Shown: in pieces, positions 1-11,638 of the stretch
Layout of the letters: the number at the start of each line of letters is the position of its first letter
Position numbering within the stretch: position 1 is the stretch's first letter
Assembly (NCBI GenBank): GCA_036265935.1
Contig: DATAOB010000002.1
Coordinates: forward strand, 1,055-65,054
Length of the DNA stretch: 64,000 bases
DNA from: Beijerinckiaceae bacterium
GTDB lineage: Bacteria > Pseudomonadota > Alphaproteobacteria > Rhizobiales > Beijerinckiaceae
Reading direction: 5' to 3'
Made by a program: the position numbers and the translations under genes
Notes under the pieces: model-generated
Seen by the model: only the letters and a program-made list of their open reading frames with translations
What the model was told of the DNA's origin: nothing
The model's database searches: none

Positions 1-292
1 TGACGAGCACGATCAACTCGAGCGGCGTTTCGCTCGTCAGCATCAGGTCGAGCGAACCGTCCTCGTGGTCGGCCTGAAACAGGCGATCGAGGCCGAGCAG
101 GGTCGAGAGCAGCGTCGCGATCCAAAGGATCGCCGGGCCGATGCGCGCCAAGAGATTGAGATCGGGGCCGACGGCGAACGGAAAGATCGCGGCGAGCACC
201 AGGAAGAAGACCAATCCCGTCGAGGTGCCGCCGCCGCTGCGGCGCGCGATGCCGAGTTCGCGCCAAAACAGCGCGGCGAGAGCGGACCTCAC
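1..292 (-). CDS. ccmB: heme exporter permease CcmB, N-terminal part (gene continues past the window start)
   Basis: Absent from the ORF track because it is truncated. Reverse-strand translation from GTG 290-292 gives VRSALAALFWRELGIARRSGGGTSTGLVFFLVLAAIFPFAVGPDLNLLARIGPAILWIATLLSTLLGLDRLFQADHEDGSLDLM, which is typical CcmB. It starts 1 nt after the ccmA stop. Confidence 0.75.
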   Translation of the reverse strand, partial: MRSALAALFWRELGIARRSGGGTSTGLVFFLVLAAIFPFAVGPDLNLLARIGPAILWIATLLSTLLGLDRLFQADHEDGSLDLMLTSETPLELIVLV

Positions 293-293
293 G

Positions 294-905
294 CTACTGC
301 CTCAGCGTCAATTGCCGCGCATTCGGCAGATCGAGCGCGCTATGCGTCGCAGCGACGATCATGCCGCCTTGGCCGAGATGGTCGTGCATCAGATGCGAGA
401 GCCGCGCCTGCGAGGCCGCGTCCAGCGCGTTCAGCGGCTCGTCGAGCAGCCAGATCGGCCGCGGCGCGACGAGCAGCCGCGCCAACGCCACGCGGCGTTT
501 CTGGCCGGCCGATAAAACGGCGACGGGAAGGTCGCTCGCGTGCGCCAGCGCAAAAGCGGCAAGCGCTTCCGCGGGCGGCAAGCTCGTTCCCCTGCCCTGC
601 CGCGATCTCAGCATCGCCGCCCAGAACGACAGGTTCTCCGCCGCCGTCAGGCTCGCCTTGTTGCCGTCGGCGTGACCGACGTAGTGCGCGAGCTCGGCGC
701 AAGGCGGATCCTCGGCGCCGCCGATCGCGATCCGCCCTTGCTTCAGCGGCAACAGGCCGGCAAGCACCCGAAGAAGCGTCGATTTGCCTGCACCGTTCGG
801 GCCGGTGACGATCAGCGCCTCGCCGGGCGCGAGCGCGAAGCTCAACCCATCGAGAACGCGCCTGCCGCCGCGCTCGACCCGGATATCGCTGACTTCAAGG
901 CGCAT
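294..905 (-). CDS. ccmA: heme ABC exporter ATP-binding protein CcmA
   Basis: ORF 294..968. Walker [17 protein letters not shown], signature [14 protein letters not shown], Walker B IWLLDEP. Start chosen at the internal ATG ([14 protein letters not shown]). The upstream starts at 932 or 968 remain possible. Confidence 0.85.
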   Translation of the reverse strand: MRLEVSDIRVERGGRRVLDGLSFALAPGEALIVTGPNGAGKSTLLRVLAGLLPLKQGRIAIGGAEDPPCAELAHYVGHADGNKASLTAAENLSFWAAMLRSRQGRGTSLPPAEALAAFALAHASDLPVAVLSAGQKRRVALARLLVAPRPIWLLDEPLNALDAASQARLSHLMHDHLGQGGMIVAATHSALDLPNARQLTLRQ

Positions 906-1020
906 GCCGAATTTCCGTGCGGCTCTGCTCATCGGAGCGGCGGCTCTTCGTGTAGCCGCGTTCGGCAAAAACTCCTATAAGCGAGCGACCGCTCCCCACC
1001 GCTTTCAGGACACCGCCCGA

Positions 1021-3747
1021 ATGCCATCGCTCGACAGTTTCAAATGCCGCAAGAAGCTCACGGTTGGCGCGCGCACCTACCATTACTACTCGCTGAAAAC
1101 GGCAGAGAAGAACGGGCTCAAAGGCATTTCGAACCTGCCCTTCTCGATGAAGGTACTTTTGGAAAATCTGTTGCGCTTCGAGGACGGCCGCTCCGTCACC
1201 AAGGACGACATTCAGGCAGTGTCAGCGTGGCTCGACGATCGCGGCACCGCCGACAAGGAGATCGCCTTCCGGCCGTCGCGCGTGCTCATGCAGGATTTTA
1301 CCGGCGTTCCCGCCGTCGTCGATCTCGCCGCGATGCGCGACGCGATGACCAAGCTCGGCGGCGACGCGCAGAAGATCAACCCGCTCGTGCCGGTCGATCT
1401 CGTCATCGATCATTCCGTCATCGTCGACGAATTCGGCACGCCGAAAGCCTTCAAGAAGAACGTCGAGTTCGAATATCAGCGCAATGGCGAACGCTATCGC
1501 TTCTTGAAATGGGGCCAGAGCGCGTTCGACAATTTCCGCGTCGTGCCGCCAGGCACCGGCATCTGCCATCAGGTCAATCTGGAATATCTATCGCAGACGG
1601 TCTGGACCAAAAAAGAAAAATACAAAGCCAACGGCAAGGCCGAGACGGTCGAGCTCGCTTATCCCGATTCGCTCGTCGGCACGGATTCGCACACGACGAT
1701 GGTCAACGGCCTCGCCGTTCTCGGCTGGGGTGTCGGCGGCATCGAGGCGGAAGCCGCGATGCTCGGCCAGCCGTTATCCATGCTGTTGCCGGAAGTGATC
1801 GGCTTCAAATTGACGGGCAGGCTGAGGGAAGGCGTCACCGCGACAGATCTCGTGCTCACAGTCACGCAGATGCTGCGCAAGAAAGGCGTCGTCGGACGTT
1901 TCGTCGAGTTCTTCGGGCCGGGATTGGGCACGCTGCCGCTTGCCGACCGCGCGACGATCGGCAACATGGCGCCGGAATACGGCGCGACCTGCGGTTTCTT
2001 CCCGATCGATGAAGAGACGCTGACTTATCTGCGCATGTCCGGCCGTCCGGGGCCGCGCATCGAGCTCGTCGAGGAATATGCAAAAGCACAAGGCATGTTG
2101 CGCACCGAGCGCACGCCCGATCCCGTTTTCACCGACACGCTGGCGCTCGATCTCGCCGACGTCGTGCCCTCGCTTGCCGGACCGAAGCGGCCGGAAGGAC
2201 GCATCGGGCTGAACGACGCCGCAAAAGGCTTCGCCAGCGCCATGCAAACCGAGTACCGCAAGAGCGCCGACGAACTCGGCAAGCGCTATAAGGTCGAAGG
2301 GGCGAATTACGACCTCGGCCACGGCGATGTCGTCATCGCCGCGATTACCTCGTGCACGAACACGTCCAATCCGAGCGTGCTGATCGGCGCCGGTCTACTC
2401 GCGCGCAATGCCGCAGAGAAGGGCTTAACGTCGAAGCCGTGGGTGAAGACCTCGCTCGCGCCGGGCTCGCAGGTCGTGGAGGAATATCTGCAGAAGGCCG
2501 ACCTGCAGAAACATTTGGACAAGCTCGGGTTCAATCTGGTCGGCTTCGGCTGCACGACCTGCATTGGCAATTCCGGCCCGCTCGGCGGCCCGATCTCGAA
2601 AGCCATCAACGACAACGACATCGTCGCCGCCGCCGTGCTCTCCGGCAACCGCAACTTCGAAGGCCGCGTCAACCCCGACGTGCAGGCGAATTATCTGGCA
2701 TCGCCGCCGCTCGTCGTCGCTTACGCACTCGCCGGCTCGATGCAGAAGGATCTGACCAAAGAGCCGCTCGGGTCCGACAAGCAGGGCAAGGACGTGTATC
2801 TCCGCGACATCTGGCCGGATTCATCCGAGATCAATGCGTTCATCCGCAAGAATGTCACGCGCTCGCTGTTCCGCGCCCGCTACGCCGATGTGTTCGAGGG
2901 TGACAAGAACTGGCGCGCCGTGCGCGTGCCTGCCGGTGAAACGTACAAATGGGACATGGGCTCGACTTACGTGCAGAACCCGCCCTATTTCGAGGGCATG
3001 GAAATGAAGCCGAAGCCCATCGAGGACATCGTCAATGCCCGCATCCTCGCGCTGTTCGGCGACAAGATCACGACCGACCACATCTCGCCTGCGGGCTCGA
3101 TCCGCGCGACGTCGCCCGCCGGCAAATGGCTGATGGAGCGGCAGGTCGCGCCGCAGGACTTCAACCAATACGGCACGCGGCGCGGCAATCATGAGATCAT
3201 GATGCGCGGCACGTTCGCCAATATCCGCATCAAGAATCACATGCTGAAGCGCGCCGACGGCTCGATTCCCGAAGGCGGCATGACACGCCACTGGCCGGAC
3301 GGCGAAGAGATGCCGATCTACGACGCGGCGATGAAATACATGGCCGACGGCGTGCCGCTCGTCGTCCTCGCCGGCGCCGAATACGGCAATGGCTCGTCAC
3401 GCGATTGGGCGGCGAAGGGCACGCGGCTTCTCGGCGTGCGCGCGGTGATCGCCGAAAGCTTCGAGCGCATTCATCGTTCGAACCTCGTCGGCATGGGCGT
3501 CCTGCCCTGCACGTTCGAGGAGGGCACAACCTGGTCGACGCTCGGCCTCAAGGGCGACGAGCAGGTGACGATCCACGGGCTTCGCGAAGGCCTGCGGCCG
3601 CGGCAGAAGCTTTCAGCCGAGATCACCTTCGCCGACGGCGCGAAAAAGAACGTGCCGCTGCTTTGCCGTATCGATACGCTCGACGAGCTCGAATATTTCA
3701 AGAACGGCGGCATCCTGCATTACGTGCTGCGGCAGCTCGCCGCTTAG
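1021..3747 (+). CDS. acnA: aconitate hydratase AcnA
   Basis: ORF 784..3747. The homologous part begins at Met80 ([16 protein letters not shown]...). Aconitase motifs include [19 protein letters not shown] and [10 protein letters not shown]. Confidence 0.95.
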   Translation: MPSLDSFKCRKKLTVGARTYHYYSLKTAEKNGLKGISNLPFSMKVLLENLLRFEDGRSVTKDDIQAVSAWLDDRGTADKEIAFRPSRVLMQDFTGVPAVVDLAAMRDAMTKLGGDAQKINPLVPVDLVIDHSVIVDEFGTPKAFKKNVEFEYQRNGERYRFLKWGQSAFDNFRVVPPGTGICHQVNLEYLSQTVWTKKEKYKANGKAETVELAYPDSLVGTDSHTTMVNGLAVLGWGVGGIEAEAAMLGQPLSMLLPEVIGFKLTGRLREGVTATDLVLTVTQMLRKKGVVGRFVEFFGPGLGTLPLADRATIGNMAPEYGATCGFFPIDEETLTYLRMSGRPGPRIELVEEYAKAQGMLRTERTPDPVFTDTLALDLADVVPSLAGPKRPEGRIGLNDAAKGFASAMQTEYRKSADELGKRYKVEGANYDLGHGDVVIAAITSCTNTSNPSVLIGAGLLARNAAEKGLTSKPWVKTSLAPGSQVVEEYLQKADLQKHLDKLGFNLVGFGCTTCIGNSGPLGGPISKAINDNDIVAAAVLSGNRNFEGRVNPDVQANYLASPPLVVAYALAGSMQKDLTKEPLGSDKQGKDVYLRDIWPDSSEINAFIRKNVTRSLFRARYADVFEGDKNWRAVRVPAGETYKWDMGSTYVQNPPYFEGMEMKPKPIEDIVNARILALFGDKITTDHISPAGSIRATSPAGKWLMERQVAPQDFNQYGTRRGNHEIMMRGTFANIRIKNHMLKRADGSIPEGGMTRHWPDGEEMPIYDAAMKYMADGVPLVVLAGAEYGNGSSRDWAAKGTRLLGVRAVIAESFERIHRSNLVGMGVLPCTFEEGTTWSTLGLKGDEQVTIHGLREGLRPRQKLSAEITFADGAKKNVPLLCRIDTLDELEYFKNGGILHYVLRQLAA

Positions 3748-3752
3748 CGCTG

Positions 3753-4862
3753 ATGCCCACCTACAAGCTCCTGCTCCTGCCCGGCGACGGGATCGGCCCC
3801 GAAGTCATGGCCGAAGTCGAGAAGGTCGCCGCCGCGCTGGCGGGCACCGGCCTGGCAAGCTTCGAATTCGAGCGCGGCCTCGTCGGCGGCTGCGCCTATG
3901 ATGCGCATGGGCAAGCGATCAGCGATACCGACATGGCGCTCGCGCGCGCGGCCGACGCGGTACTGCTCGGCGCCGTCGGCGGGCCGAAATGGGACGGCGT
4001 GCCCTATGACGTGCGCCCCGAAGCCGGGCTCTTGCGCCTGCGCAAAGAGCTCGCGCTCTTCGCCAATCTGCGCCCGGCGATCTGCTATCCCGCACTTGCG
4101 GACGCCTCGTCGCTGAAGCGTGAGGTCGTCGAAGGCCTCGACATCATGATCGTGCGCGAATTGACCGGCGGCGTCTATTTCGGCGAGCCCAAGGAAATCC
4201 GCGATCTCGGCAATGGCCAGAAGCGCGCAATCGACACCCAGGTCTACGACACCTACGAGATCGAGCGCATCGGCCGCGTCGCCTTCGAGCTGGCGCGCAA
4301 GCGCAATAACAAGGTCACTTCGTCGGAGAAGCGCAACGTGATGAAATCCGGCGTGCTCTGGCACGAGGTGATCACCGCCCTGCACAAGCGCGATTATTCC
4401 GACGTCAGGCTCGAGCATCAGCTCGCCGACGCGCTCGGCATGCAGCTCGTACGCTGGCCGAAACAGTTCGACGTGATCGTCACCGACAACCTGTTCGGCG
4501 ACATGCTGTCCGACGTCGCGGCAATGCTGACCGGGTCGCTCGGCATGCTGCCCTCCGCCTCGCTCGGCGAAACCGACGCCAAGACCGGCAAGCGCAGGGC
4601 GTTGTACGAGCCGGTGCACGGTTCGGCCCCCGATATTGCCGGGCGCGGCCTCGCCAATCCGATCGCGATGATCGGCTCCTTTGCCATGGCGCTACGCTAT
4701 TCCTTCGGCCTGGGCGAAGCGGCCGACGCAATCGAGCGCGCCATCGCCGACGCCCTGGCGCAAGGCCTTCGCACGGCCGACATTAAGGGCGATGCCGCGC
4801 AAACGATCTCGACTTCGGCGATGGGCGACGCTGTCGCCGCGGCGCTGGAGCCGGCAAGCTGA
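3753..4862 (+). CDS. leuB: 3-isopropylmalate dehydrogenase
   Basis: In-frame Met117 of ORF 3405..4862 ([18 protein letters not shown]). Motifs [16 protein letters not shown] and [12 protein letters not shown] lies 5 nt after the acnA stop. Confidence 0.9.
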   Translation: MPTYKLLLLPGDGIGPEVMAEVEKVAAALAGTGLASFEFERGLVGGCAYDAHGQAISDTDMALARAADAVLLGAVGGPKWDGVPYDVRPEAGLLRLRKELALFANLRPAICYPALADASSLKREVVEGLDIMIVRELTGGVYFGEPKEIRDLGNGQKRAIDTQVYDTYEIERIGRVAFELARKRNNKVTSSEKRNVMKSGVLWHEVITALHKRDYSDVRLEHQLADALGMQLVRWPKQFDVIVTDNLFGDMLSDVAAMLTGSLGMLPSASLGETDAKTGKRRALYEPVHGSAPDIAGRGLANPIAMIGSFAMALRYSFGLGEAADAIERAIADALAQGLRTADIKGDAAQTISTSAMGDAVAAALEPAS

Positions 4863-5082
4863 GCCGTAAGTCTCAGCTAAACCATAAGAATTTCCGAAAT
4901 CAGCGACGTGGCGTGTGCGAACCCACACTGCCGCGCGAGCGGTTACGCATTATCCCTAATTCAACAAATTGCACCGATTCCGGCGCGCCGGAACCCGGTG
5001 CTCGTAACGGATCGGCAACGGATAGAGGCGTAAAAGCTTTCTTGCGACGGCTCGTGTGTTTTGAGCTGATCGGGAGGTTCAA

Positions 5083-5286
5083 ATGCGTGTCATCGGCAGA
5101 AACTCCCCCAAGACGGCCCTCGGCGCGATCGGCGTCGACCTTCGCGCCTCCTATCCGCCCGAGACTTCTGCCTGCGAAGACATCGCGCGGTTGCTGCAGC
5201 GTCTCTGCGCCATTCCGACGAATGCCGCTGTTGCCGAGAGCCGCAGCGAGGCGCAGCGCCCGCAGGCTTTTGTTACGATCCGTTAA
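5083..5286 (+). CDS. small hypothetical protein (67 aa) with a possible NepR-like motif
   Basis: GGGAGG lies 5 nt upstream of the ATG, in an otherwise unassigned 460-bp spacer. The segment IGVDLRASYPPETSACEDIARLLQRL loosely fits the NepR core pattern. Confidence 0.35.
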   Translation: MRVIGRNSPKTALGAIGVDLRASYPPETSACEDIARLLQRLCAIPTNAAVAESRSEAQRPQAFVTIR

Positions 5287-5322
5287 CCGGTAGCGGCTTG
5301 GCGCGCCGCATGGCGCGTCGCC

Positions 5323-6231
5323 TCAGGCGGAGGGTCTAACCGGCGCATCAATCGCATCCGGATGCCCGGCCTTCAGCAATCTGAAGAGATATTGTCCGTA
5401 ACCTGATTTGCCGGATCGGTTCGCCGCCTCTTTGAGCTGCTCGCGGGTGATGAAGCCCTGCACGAAGGCTATTTCCTCCGGGCAAGCGATTTTTAGACCC
5501 TGCCGGCGCTCCAGGATTTCGACGAACTGGCCGGCTTCGAGCAGGCTGTCATGCGTGCCGGTATCGAGCCAGGCAATGCCGCGGCTCATGATCTCGACAT
5601 TGAGATCGCCGCTTTCCATGTAGGCGCGATTGACGTCGGTGATCTCGATCTCACCGCGCGCCGACGGCTTCACCGCGGCGGCGATGTCGACGACGCGGTT
5701 GTCGTAGAAATACAGGCCGGTGATGGCGAGCTGCGAGCGCGGCTGTGCCGGCTTTTCTTCGATCGAGATCGCCTTGCCTTGCGCGTCGAGCTCGACGACG
5801 CCGTAGCGCTCGGGATCGGAGACGACATAGCCGAACACCGTCGCGCCGCGTTCGCGCGCGGCGGCGCGCGCCAGCAGGTGCGGGAAGCCGGAGCCGTAAA
5901 AGATGTTGTCGCCAAGCACGAGCGCGACGCGCTCGGACCCGACAAAGTCGCGCCCGACAATGAACGCGTCGGCGAGCCCGCGCGGATGCTCTTGCACGGC
6001 ATAGGAAAGCGCGATGCCGAATTGCGAGCCGTGGCCGAGGAGCGTTTGGAAATGCGCCTGGTCTTGCGGCGTGGTGATGATCAGGGTGTCCCGGATGCCG
6101 GCAAGCATCAGCGTCGACAAGGGATAATAGATCATTGGCTTGTCGTAGACCGGCAGGAGCTGCTTCGATACGACCGTGGTGATCGGGTAGAGCCGGGTGC
6201 CGGAGCCGCCCGCGAGAATAATGCCTTTCAC
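5323..6231 (-). CDS. rfbA: glucose-1-phosphate thymidylyltransferase
   Basis: ORF 5323..6498. The conserved N-terminus (V)[17 protein letters not shown] begins at GTG 6229-6231, which overlaps the rfbD stop (GTGA). Confidence 0.92.
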   Translation of the reverse strand: MKGIILAGGSGTRLYPITTVVSKQLLPVYDKPMIYYPLSTLMLAGIRDTLIITTPQDQAHFQTLLGHGSQFGIALSYAVQEHPRGLADAFIVGRDFVGSERVALVLGDNIFYGSGFPHLLARAAARERGATVFGYVVSDPERYGVVELDAQGKAISIEEKPAQPRSQLAITGLYFYDNRVVDIAAAVKPSARGEIEITDVNRAYMESGDLNVEIMSRGIAWLDTGTHDSLLEAGQFVEILERRQGLKIACPEEIAFVQGFITREQLKEAANRSGKSGYGQYLFRLLKAGHPDAIDAPVRPSA

Positions 6232-7121
6232 TTTGCCTCCGCCGGTGTGAGCAGAGCTTCGACCACTTCCCGCGTTCGCTCTTGCCAGGGCGGACTCTTG
6301 TAGCCGAAAGCCGCCGCGAAGCGGCTGCTGTCGAGTGCCGAATTGGCGGGGCGTTTCGCCGGCGTCGGATAATCCTTGGTGCCGATCGGGTGGACCGGGA
6401 TGGAACGTCCGCCGGAGCGGGACGCGACGCCGACAATTTCGCTGGCAAAGCCGTGCCACGTCGTCACGCCGCTTCCGGCGAAATGGTATGTGCCCCACTT
6501 TGCGCGTCCGGCATCGCTTGCTGCGATTACGGCGAGCAGCGCTCGCGCGATGTCGATTGTCGCCGTCGGGCAGCCACGCTGGTCGGCAACGACAGAGAGT
6601 TGTTCGCGCTCGCGCGACAGACGCAGCATTGTTTTCAGAAAATTGTTGCCATAGATGCCATAAACCCAGGATGTGCGCAGGATCGCGTGCTTCGGATGCG
6701 CCGCGCGCACACGCCGCTCGCCTTCCTCCTTGCTATGGCCGTAGGCCCCGAGCGGTGCCACCGGATCGTCCTCGGTGTAGGCGTCGCTTTTCGTGCCGTC
6801 GAAGACGTAATCGGTCGAGACATGCAGGAGCGGGATATCCAGTTCCGCAGCGGCTTGCGCGAGATGCCCCGGTGCGAGCGCATTGATTGCGTGGGCAGCC
6901 TCGGCTTCGCTCTCCGCCTTGTCGACGGCGGTATAGGCGGCACAATTGATGATCGCGCGCGGCGCCGCTTCGCACACATAGGCGAGCGCGGCCTCTTCTC
7001 GCGTGATGTCGAGATCATCCCGGCCGGCGGCGATCGTCGGCATCGCTCGCTCGCGCGTCTCCCGCACGAGCTCCTGCCCAAGCTGGCCCCTGGCGCCGAC
7101 GATGAGAACCGGTCGGCTCAC
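6228..7121 (-). CDS. rfbD: dTDP-4-dehydrorhamnose reductase
   Basis: 297-aa ORF with an NAD-binding N-terminus ([14 protein letters not shown]) and STDYVFDG. It overlaps both neighbours by 4 bp. Confidence 0.9.
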   Translation of the reverse strand: MSRPVLIVGARGQLGQELVRETRERAMPTIAAGRDDLDITREEAALAYVCEAAPRAIINCAAYTAVDKAESEAEAAHAINALAPGHLAQAAAELDIPLLHVSTDYVFDGTKSDAYTEDDPVAPLGAYGHSKEEGERRVRAAHPKHAILRTSWVYGIYGNNFLKTMLRLSREREQLSVVADQRGCPTATIDIARALLAVIAASDAGRAKWGTYHFAGSGVTTWHGFASEIVGVASRSGGRSIPVHPIGTKDYPTPAKRPANSALDSSRFAAAFGYKSPPWQERTREVVEALLTPAEAK

Positions 7122-8182
7122 GCGACGACCCCGAGCCGCTCACCGCGGTAGACGCCGGAGCGAATGCGCTGCCACCAGCTTTTGTTATCAAGATACCAGG
7201 CGACGGTCTTGCGCAAACCTGTCTCGAATGTCTCGCGGGGCCGCCAGCCGAGGTCGCGCTCGATCTTCGAGGCGTCGATGGCGTAGCGCAGATCATGCCC
7301 CGGCCGGTCGCCGACAAATGTAATGAGCCGCTCGCGCGAGCCTTGTTGCGGGTCGGGCGCGAATTCGTCGACCAGCGCACAAATTTTTCGCGCGACGTCG
7401 ATATTGGTGCGCTCGTTATGGCCGCCGACATTGTAGCTTTCGCCGACCCGGCCCTGCTCCGCGATCAGCTGAAGAGCGCGCGCGTGATCCTCGACATAGA
7501 GCCAATCCCGCACATTCGATCCGTCGCCGTAAACCGGCACCGGCTTGCCCTCGAGCGCATTCAACGTGACGAGCGGGATGAGCTTTTCGGGAAAATGGTA
7601 GGGACCGTAATTGTTCGAGCAGTTCGACAGAACAACCGGCAAGCCGTAGGTGTGGTGCCAGGCACGCACCAGATGGTCGGACGAGGCTTTGGACGCCGAA
7701 TAGGGCGAATTCGGACTGTAGGGCGTCTCCTCGGTGAAAAAACCATCAGCGCCGAGCGAGCCGAAGACCTCGTCGGTCGAGACGTGATGGAAGCGGAAGC
7801 GCTCGCGTTCTTCGCCTTTCAGCATGCGCCAATGCGAAAGTGCTGCCTGGAGCAGTGTGAACGTGCCGACGACATTGGTCTGGACGAATTCGCCCGGTCC
7901 GTCGATCGAGCGATCGACGTGACTCTCGGCCGCGAGATGCATGAGCACGTCGGGACGAAAGCCTTCGACAATTGCGCGCATGTCGCGTGCATTGCAGATG
8001 TCGCCTCGCGCAAACTTGTAGCGGTCGCTTGAGGCGATGCTCGCAAGATTGTCGAGATTGCCGGCATAGGTGAGCTTGTCGACGACAAGCACCCTATGCG
8101 GCGTATTCTCGATGAGATGACGCACGACGGCCGAGCCGATGAAGCCGGCGCCACCCGTGATAACAAAGCGGCGGGCGGTCAC
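7118..8182 (-). CDS. rfbB: dTDP-glucose 4,6-dehydratase
   Basis: 354-aa ORF with [16 protein letters not shown] and [15 protein letters not shown] (YxxxK). Confidence 0.93.
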   Translation of the reverse strand: MTARRFVITGGAGFIGSAVVRHLIENTPHRVLVVDKLTYAGNLDNLASIASSDRYKFARGDICNARDMRAIVEGFRPDVLMHLAAESHVDRSIDGPGEFVQTNVVGTFTLLQAALSHWRMLKGEERERFRFHHVSTDEVFGSLGADGFFTEETPYSPNSPYSASKASSDHLVRAWHHTYGLPVVLSNCSNNYGPYHFPEKLIPLVTLNALEGKPVPVYGDGSNVRDWLYVEDHARALQLIAEQGRVGESYNVGGHNERTNIDVARKICALVDEFAPDPQQGSRERLITFVGDRPGHDLRYAIDASKIERDLGWRPRETFETGLRKTVAWYLDNKSWWQRIRSGVYRGERLGVVA

Positions 8183-8751
8183 GCTGGCATCTCGAAAGGC
8201 GAATCGAAGGCGCCGAGCGATGGAAGTTTTGCGTCTTTGTCGGAGACAAGCGCGCGTTCAGCCGGAACCGACCAGTCGATGCCGATCGCCGAGTCGCTCC
8301 AAATAATGCCAGCCTCCGATTGCGGTGCGTAATAGGAGTCGACCTTATAGGCGACGACTGTGTCGGGTTCTAGCGTGCAATAGCCGTGGGCGAAGCCACG
8401 CGGCACGAAAATCTGCTCGCCGCCGTCAGCGGTGAGACGCGCGCCGCACCATGTGCCATAAGTCGGACTGCCACGACGTAAATCCACCGCAGCGTCGTAC
8501 ACCGCGCCGCGCAAGACCCGCACGAGTTTCGCTTGCGCATGCGGCGGCACCTGGAAATGCAAGCCGCGGATCGTGCCGGTCTGCGCGGAGAAAGCCTGAT
8601 TATCTTGCACGAACTCGCAATCGATGCCCATCTCGGCAAAGTCGCCCTTGCGAAACGTCTCAAGAAAGTGGCCGCGCGAATCCGCAAATTTGCGGACCCG
8701 GACCACAATGACGTCCGCTATCGACAACCGCTCCGATGAAAAATTACCCAT
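8179..8751 (-). CDS. rfbC: dTDP-4-dehydrorhamnose 3,5-epimerase
   Basis: 190-aa ORF with cupin-type RmlC motifs ([25 protein letters not shown]). First gene of the rfbCBDA operon. Confidence 0.92.
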   Translation of the reverse strand: MGNFSSERLSIADVIVVRVRKFADSRGHFLETFRKGDFAEMGIDCEFVQDNQAFSAQTGTIRGLHFQVPPHAQAKLVRVLRGAVYDAAVDLRRGSPTYGTWCGARLTADGGEQIFVPRGFAHGYCTLEPDTVVAYKVDSYYAPQSEAGIIWSDSAIGIDWSVPAERALVSDKDAKLPSLGAFDSPFEMPA

Positions 8752-8829
8752 TCCCTACGCTCACCTCCCACATGCATTAGGCAGATCGGCGGGCATGTAG
8801 CAGAGCCCGACGGCGAGAGCCAGTTTCGG

Positions 8830-9696
8830 CTACCGCAACACTGTGGCCTTGACCCACCAGCCCGGATGGTCGCGCCGGATCGCGCGCGCGGCGCGCGCCG
8901 CCTGCCGGCAATTCTCAAACAGCGCAAAGCAGGTCGCGCCCGATCCCGACATTCGCGCCAACCTGCTGCCCTTTGCGGCGCTGAGGACGGCGAGAACATC
9001 GACTATGACGGGTGCGATACTGCAAGCCGCGTCTTCGAGGTCGTTCCGCGTCTTTTTCAGCAGGCCGAACAGGCTGGCCGCATCCGCCGACTTGGCGACC
9101 ACCGGATGGGGCGCCGCGCCGATGCTCTGGCCGGCTTGCAATCCCATTCGGGAAAATACCGCCCGCGTCTCCACCGCCACGCCGGGATTGACGAGAACCG
9201 CAAAAATGGGTCCTGGCATCAGGGGCTCACCGAGCCGTTCGCCGAGCCCACTCATCATCCGCGCGCGCGGATCAAGACAGACGGGAACATCGGCACCGGT
9301 GGCACGTGCCGCATCGGCCACCGGCGCATCGGCGATCGAGAGGCCATTATGGGCCGCCAGGAGCCGCAGCGCCGCCGCGGCATCGGACGAGCCGCCGCCG
9401 ATGCCCGATGCGACCGGCAGGCGTTTCATGAGATGAAAGGCGCCGACTTGTAGGCCGGCGACGCGGTCGGCAAGTTCCCGCGCCGCACGCAGAACCAGAT
9501 TGTCGGCAGCCGGTCCGACGCCAGCAGCATTCGGGCCGGCAATCGTCAACGCCAATTCTGCGCCTGGCTCGAAGCTCAAGAGATCGCCGACGCCGGCGAA
9601 GGCGACCAGACTTTCGAGCTCGTGGTAACCGTCGGCGCGCCGGCCGAGGATGTGCAGCGTCAAATTGATTTTCGCCGGCGCACGCGCCGTGAACAT
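8830..9696 (-). CDS. ispE: 4-diphosphocytidyl-2-C-methyl-D-erythritol kinase
   Basis: ORF 8830..9738. Start placed at Met15 ([18 protein letters not shown]), which avoids overlap with the upstream gene. GHMP motif [15 protein letters not shown]. Confidence 0.88.
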   Translation of the reverse strand: MFTARAPAKINLTLHILGRRADGYHELESLVAFAGVGDLLSFEPGAELALTIAGPNAAGVGPAADNLVLRAARELADRVAGLQVGAFHLMKRLPVASGIGGGSSDAAAALRLLAAHNGLSIADAPVADAARATGADVPVCLDPRARMMSGLGERLGEPLMPGPIFAVLVNPGVAVETRAVFSRMGLQAGQSIGAAPHPVVAKSADAASLFGLLKKTRNDLEDAACSIAPVIVDVLAVLSAAKGSRLARMSGSGATCFALFENCRQAARAARAIRRDHPGWWVKATVLR

Positions 9697-9727
9697 CAAA
9701 GGGTCACGGGCTGAGCGCGTTACGCGC

Positions 9728-11545
9728 TCAGCCGCCATTCTTTGTTTCGGCTTGCTTCTTCGGCTCGGCCTCCGCCGCTGCCGGTTTCTCCTCGTCCGGC
9801 AAACCGTTGTCGATCTTTTTCAAGATGCGATCGAGATCTTCAGGCTCCGGCTTCAAATCGCGCGCATGATTCCACTGGAAATGCGCTTCGAGCTTCCGAC
9901 CGACGCGCCAATACGCGTCGCCAAGATGATCGTTGATAACCGGGTCAGACGCCTTCAATTCGATTGCGCGTTCGAGCTCTTTGACCGCCTGATCGTATTG
10001 CCCGAGCTTGTAATGCGCCCAGCCGAGACTGTCGACGACATAACCGTCGGTCGGCCGCAATTCGACGGCGCGGCGGAGCATCTTGAACGCCTCGTCGAGA
10101 TTGATACCCTGATCGACCCAGGAATAGCCGAGATAATTCAAAACCAGCGGCTGATCCGGAAAAAGCTCAAGCGCCTTCTTGAAATCGCTTTCCGCTTTCG
10201 GCCATTGCTTCTGCCGCTCGTAGGCAATGCCGCGATAATAATATAGTGACCAGAGGCTCTTTTCCGGTTTGGTCGATAGCTCCAGCGCCTTCGTATAAGT
10301 TACCGCCGCGTCCGCGAATTGCTTGCGCGAGCGCTGCAAATTGCCGAGCGCCGTCAGCGCTTCTTCATTCTTCGGCTTCTCGTTGACGATGTCCTGCAGC
10401 CGCTTCTGCGCCTCGTCGCTCTTACCCAGCGTCTCGAGCAGAAGCGCCGTCTGGATATCGGCATTGACGCGCAGCGGACTGTCTTCCGCAACGCTGTTAT
10501 AGACTTCGATTGCCTGCTCGTATTGTTTCAGCCGCTCGAAAATATCGGCGAGCGTCACCGTCGCAAGACCGTTCTTCGGCGAGAGATAGAGCGATAGGCG
10601 CAGATATACGATCGCCGCGAGCTCGTCGCCCTGGCGGCCGCCGACCGCGCCGAGTCCATAAAGAACTTCCGCCGCACCCTGCTCGGCCGAACGGATCAGC
10701 GGTTCGAGCTGCTTGCCGGCGCGTAAGTCCGCGAGCGCCGCGGTGACGAGCGGGTGGCGTGGCAGAATCTGGTCGAAAGCTTCATATGCGCGGATCGCTT
10801 CGTCGCGGTGTCCGTGCCGGTCTTGGAAACGCGCATAGGCATCGACAAGCCTGAGTGTGCTCTTCTCGCCGTTATAAGCGGCCTGGAAGCGCTTCGTCGC
10901 TTCTGCGGTATTGTTGGCGAGTTCCGAAATCAGCGCGGCGTGATAGTCGCGGAACGTGCCGAAGCCTTCATCCTTCAGCCGATCGACCTGCGCCAGCGCG
11001 CGCTTGTAATCGCCGCCTCCGGCATAGGACCAAGCGGTGAGCAGGGTCGCCGTGATGTCGCGCTGACGCCCGGCGCCGCCCTTCGACAGGCTGTTGCGCG
11101 CGCCGCCATATTGGCGCTGCTTGATGGCGCGAATGCCGAGCGCGAGGTGCGCCAGGCCGTTGTTGGCATCGCGCTGCAGCAGCCGTTCGGCGAGGCCGAA
11201 AGCATCCGGCATGTTGCCGTTGGCGAGCGAGGCGACGAAGGCGCGCTCGATCAGCTCGGGATTACGCGGATCGTAGCGCAGCGTCTCGCGAAAGAAGGTG
11301 GCGGCGGCGAGCGTATCGCGTTCCGCCCCTGCGATCAGCGCGGCGAGGTAATTGCCGGCCGGGCTGTCTCCGACCTCGAAGGGCGTGGCAATCGCGAGGT
11401 TATCCCGGGCCCGGGCGCTGGCCGATTGATCGAAGCCGAGGCCGGTGAGGAGCAGGGCGGCGGCGCCAGCGGCGGCAAAGGGACGAGCGGAACGGCGGCC
11501 GAAGCCGGTGAGGCGGGCGAGCTTAGGTGCAATCACGGGGGGCAA
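9728..11545 (-). CDS. secreted tetratricopeptide-repeat protein
   Basis: 605-aa ORF with a signal-like N-terminus ([16 protein letters not shown]) and multiple TPR units (e.g. [27 protein letters not shown]). The first codon is TTG; a GTG 3 codons in is an alternative. Confidence 0.75.
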   Translation of the reverse strand: MPPVIAPKLARLTGFGRRSARPFAAAGAAALLLTGLGFDQSASARARDNLAIATPFEVGDSPAGNYLAALIAGAERDTLAAATFFRETLRYDPRNPELIERAFVASLANGNMPDAFGLAERLLQRDANNGLAHLALGIRAIKQRQYGGARNSLSKGGAGRQRDITATLLTAWSYAGGGDYKRALAQVDRLKDEGFGTFRDYHAALISELANNTAEATKRFQAAYNGEKSTLRLVDAYARFQDRHGHRDEAIRAYEAFDQILPRHPLVTAALADLRAGKQLEPLIRSAEQGAAEVLYGLGAVGGRQGDELAAIVYLRLSLYLSPKNGLATVTLADIFERLKQYEQAIEVYNSVAEDSPLRVNADIQTALLLETLGKSDEAQKRLQDIVNEKPKNEEALTALGNLQRSRKQFADAAVTYTKALELSTKPEKSLWSLYYYRGIAYERQKQWPKAESDFKKALELFPDQPLVLNYLGYSWVDQGINLDEAFKMLRRAVELRPTDGYVVDSLGWAHYKLGQYDQAVKELERAIELKASDPVINDHLGDAYWRVGRKLEAHFQWNHARDLKPEPEDLDRILKKIDNGLPDEEKPAAAEAEPKKQAETKNGG

Positions 11546-11638
11546 ATTCCAGAGGGCCCATGAGGCCCGGCAGGTTGAGGAGATTGCGGAGGAAGATGGC
11601 CAATTTGCGCCGCGCCCGCAAGCCGCGACGAAGCGCAG

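Noticed and set aside
784-1020. N-terminal extension of the aconitase ORF (79 extra residues, overlapping ccmA on the other strand).
   Set aside because: The extension is Pro/Arg/Ser-rich shadow sequence overlapping ccmA. Aconitase homology begins at Met80 (1021).
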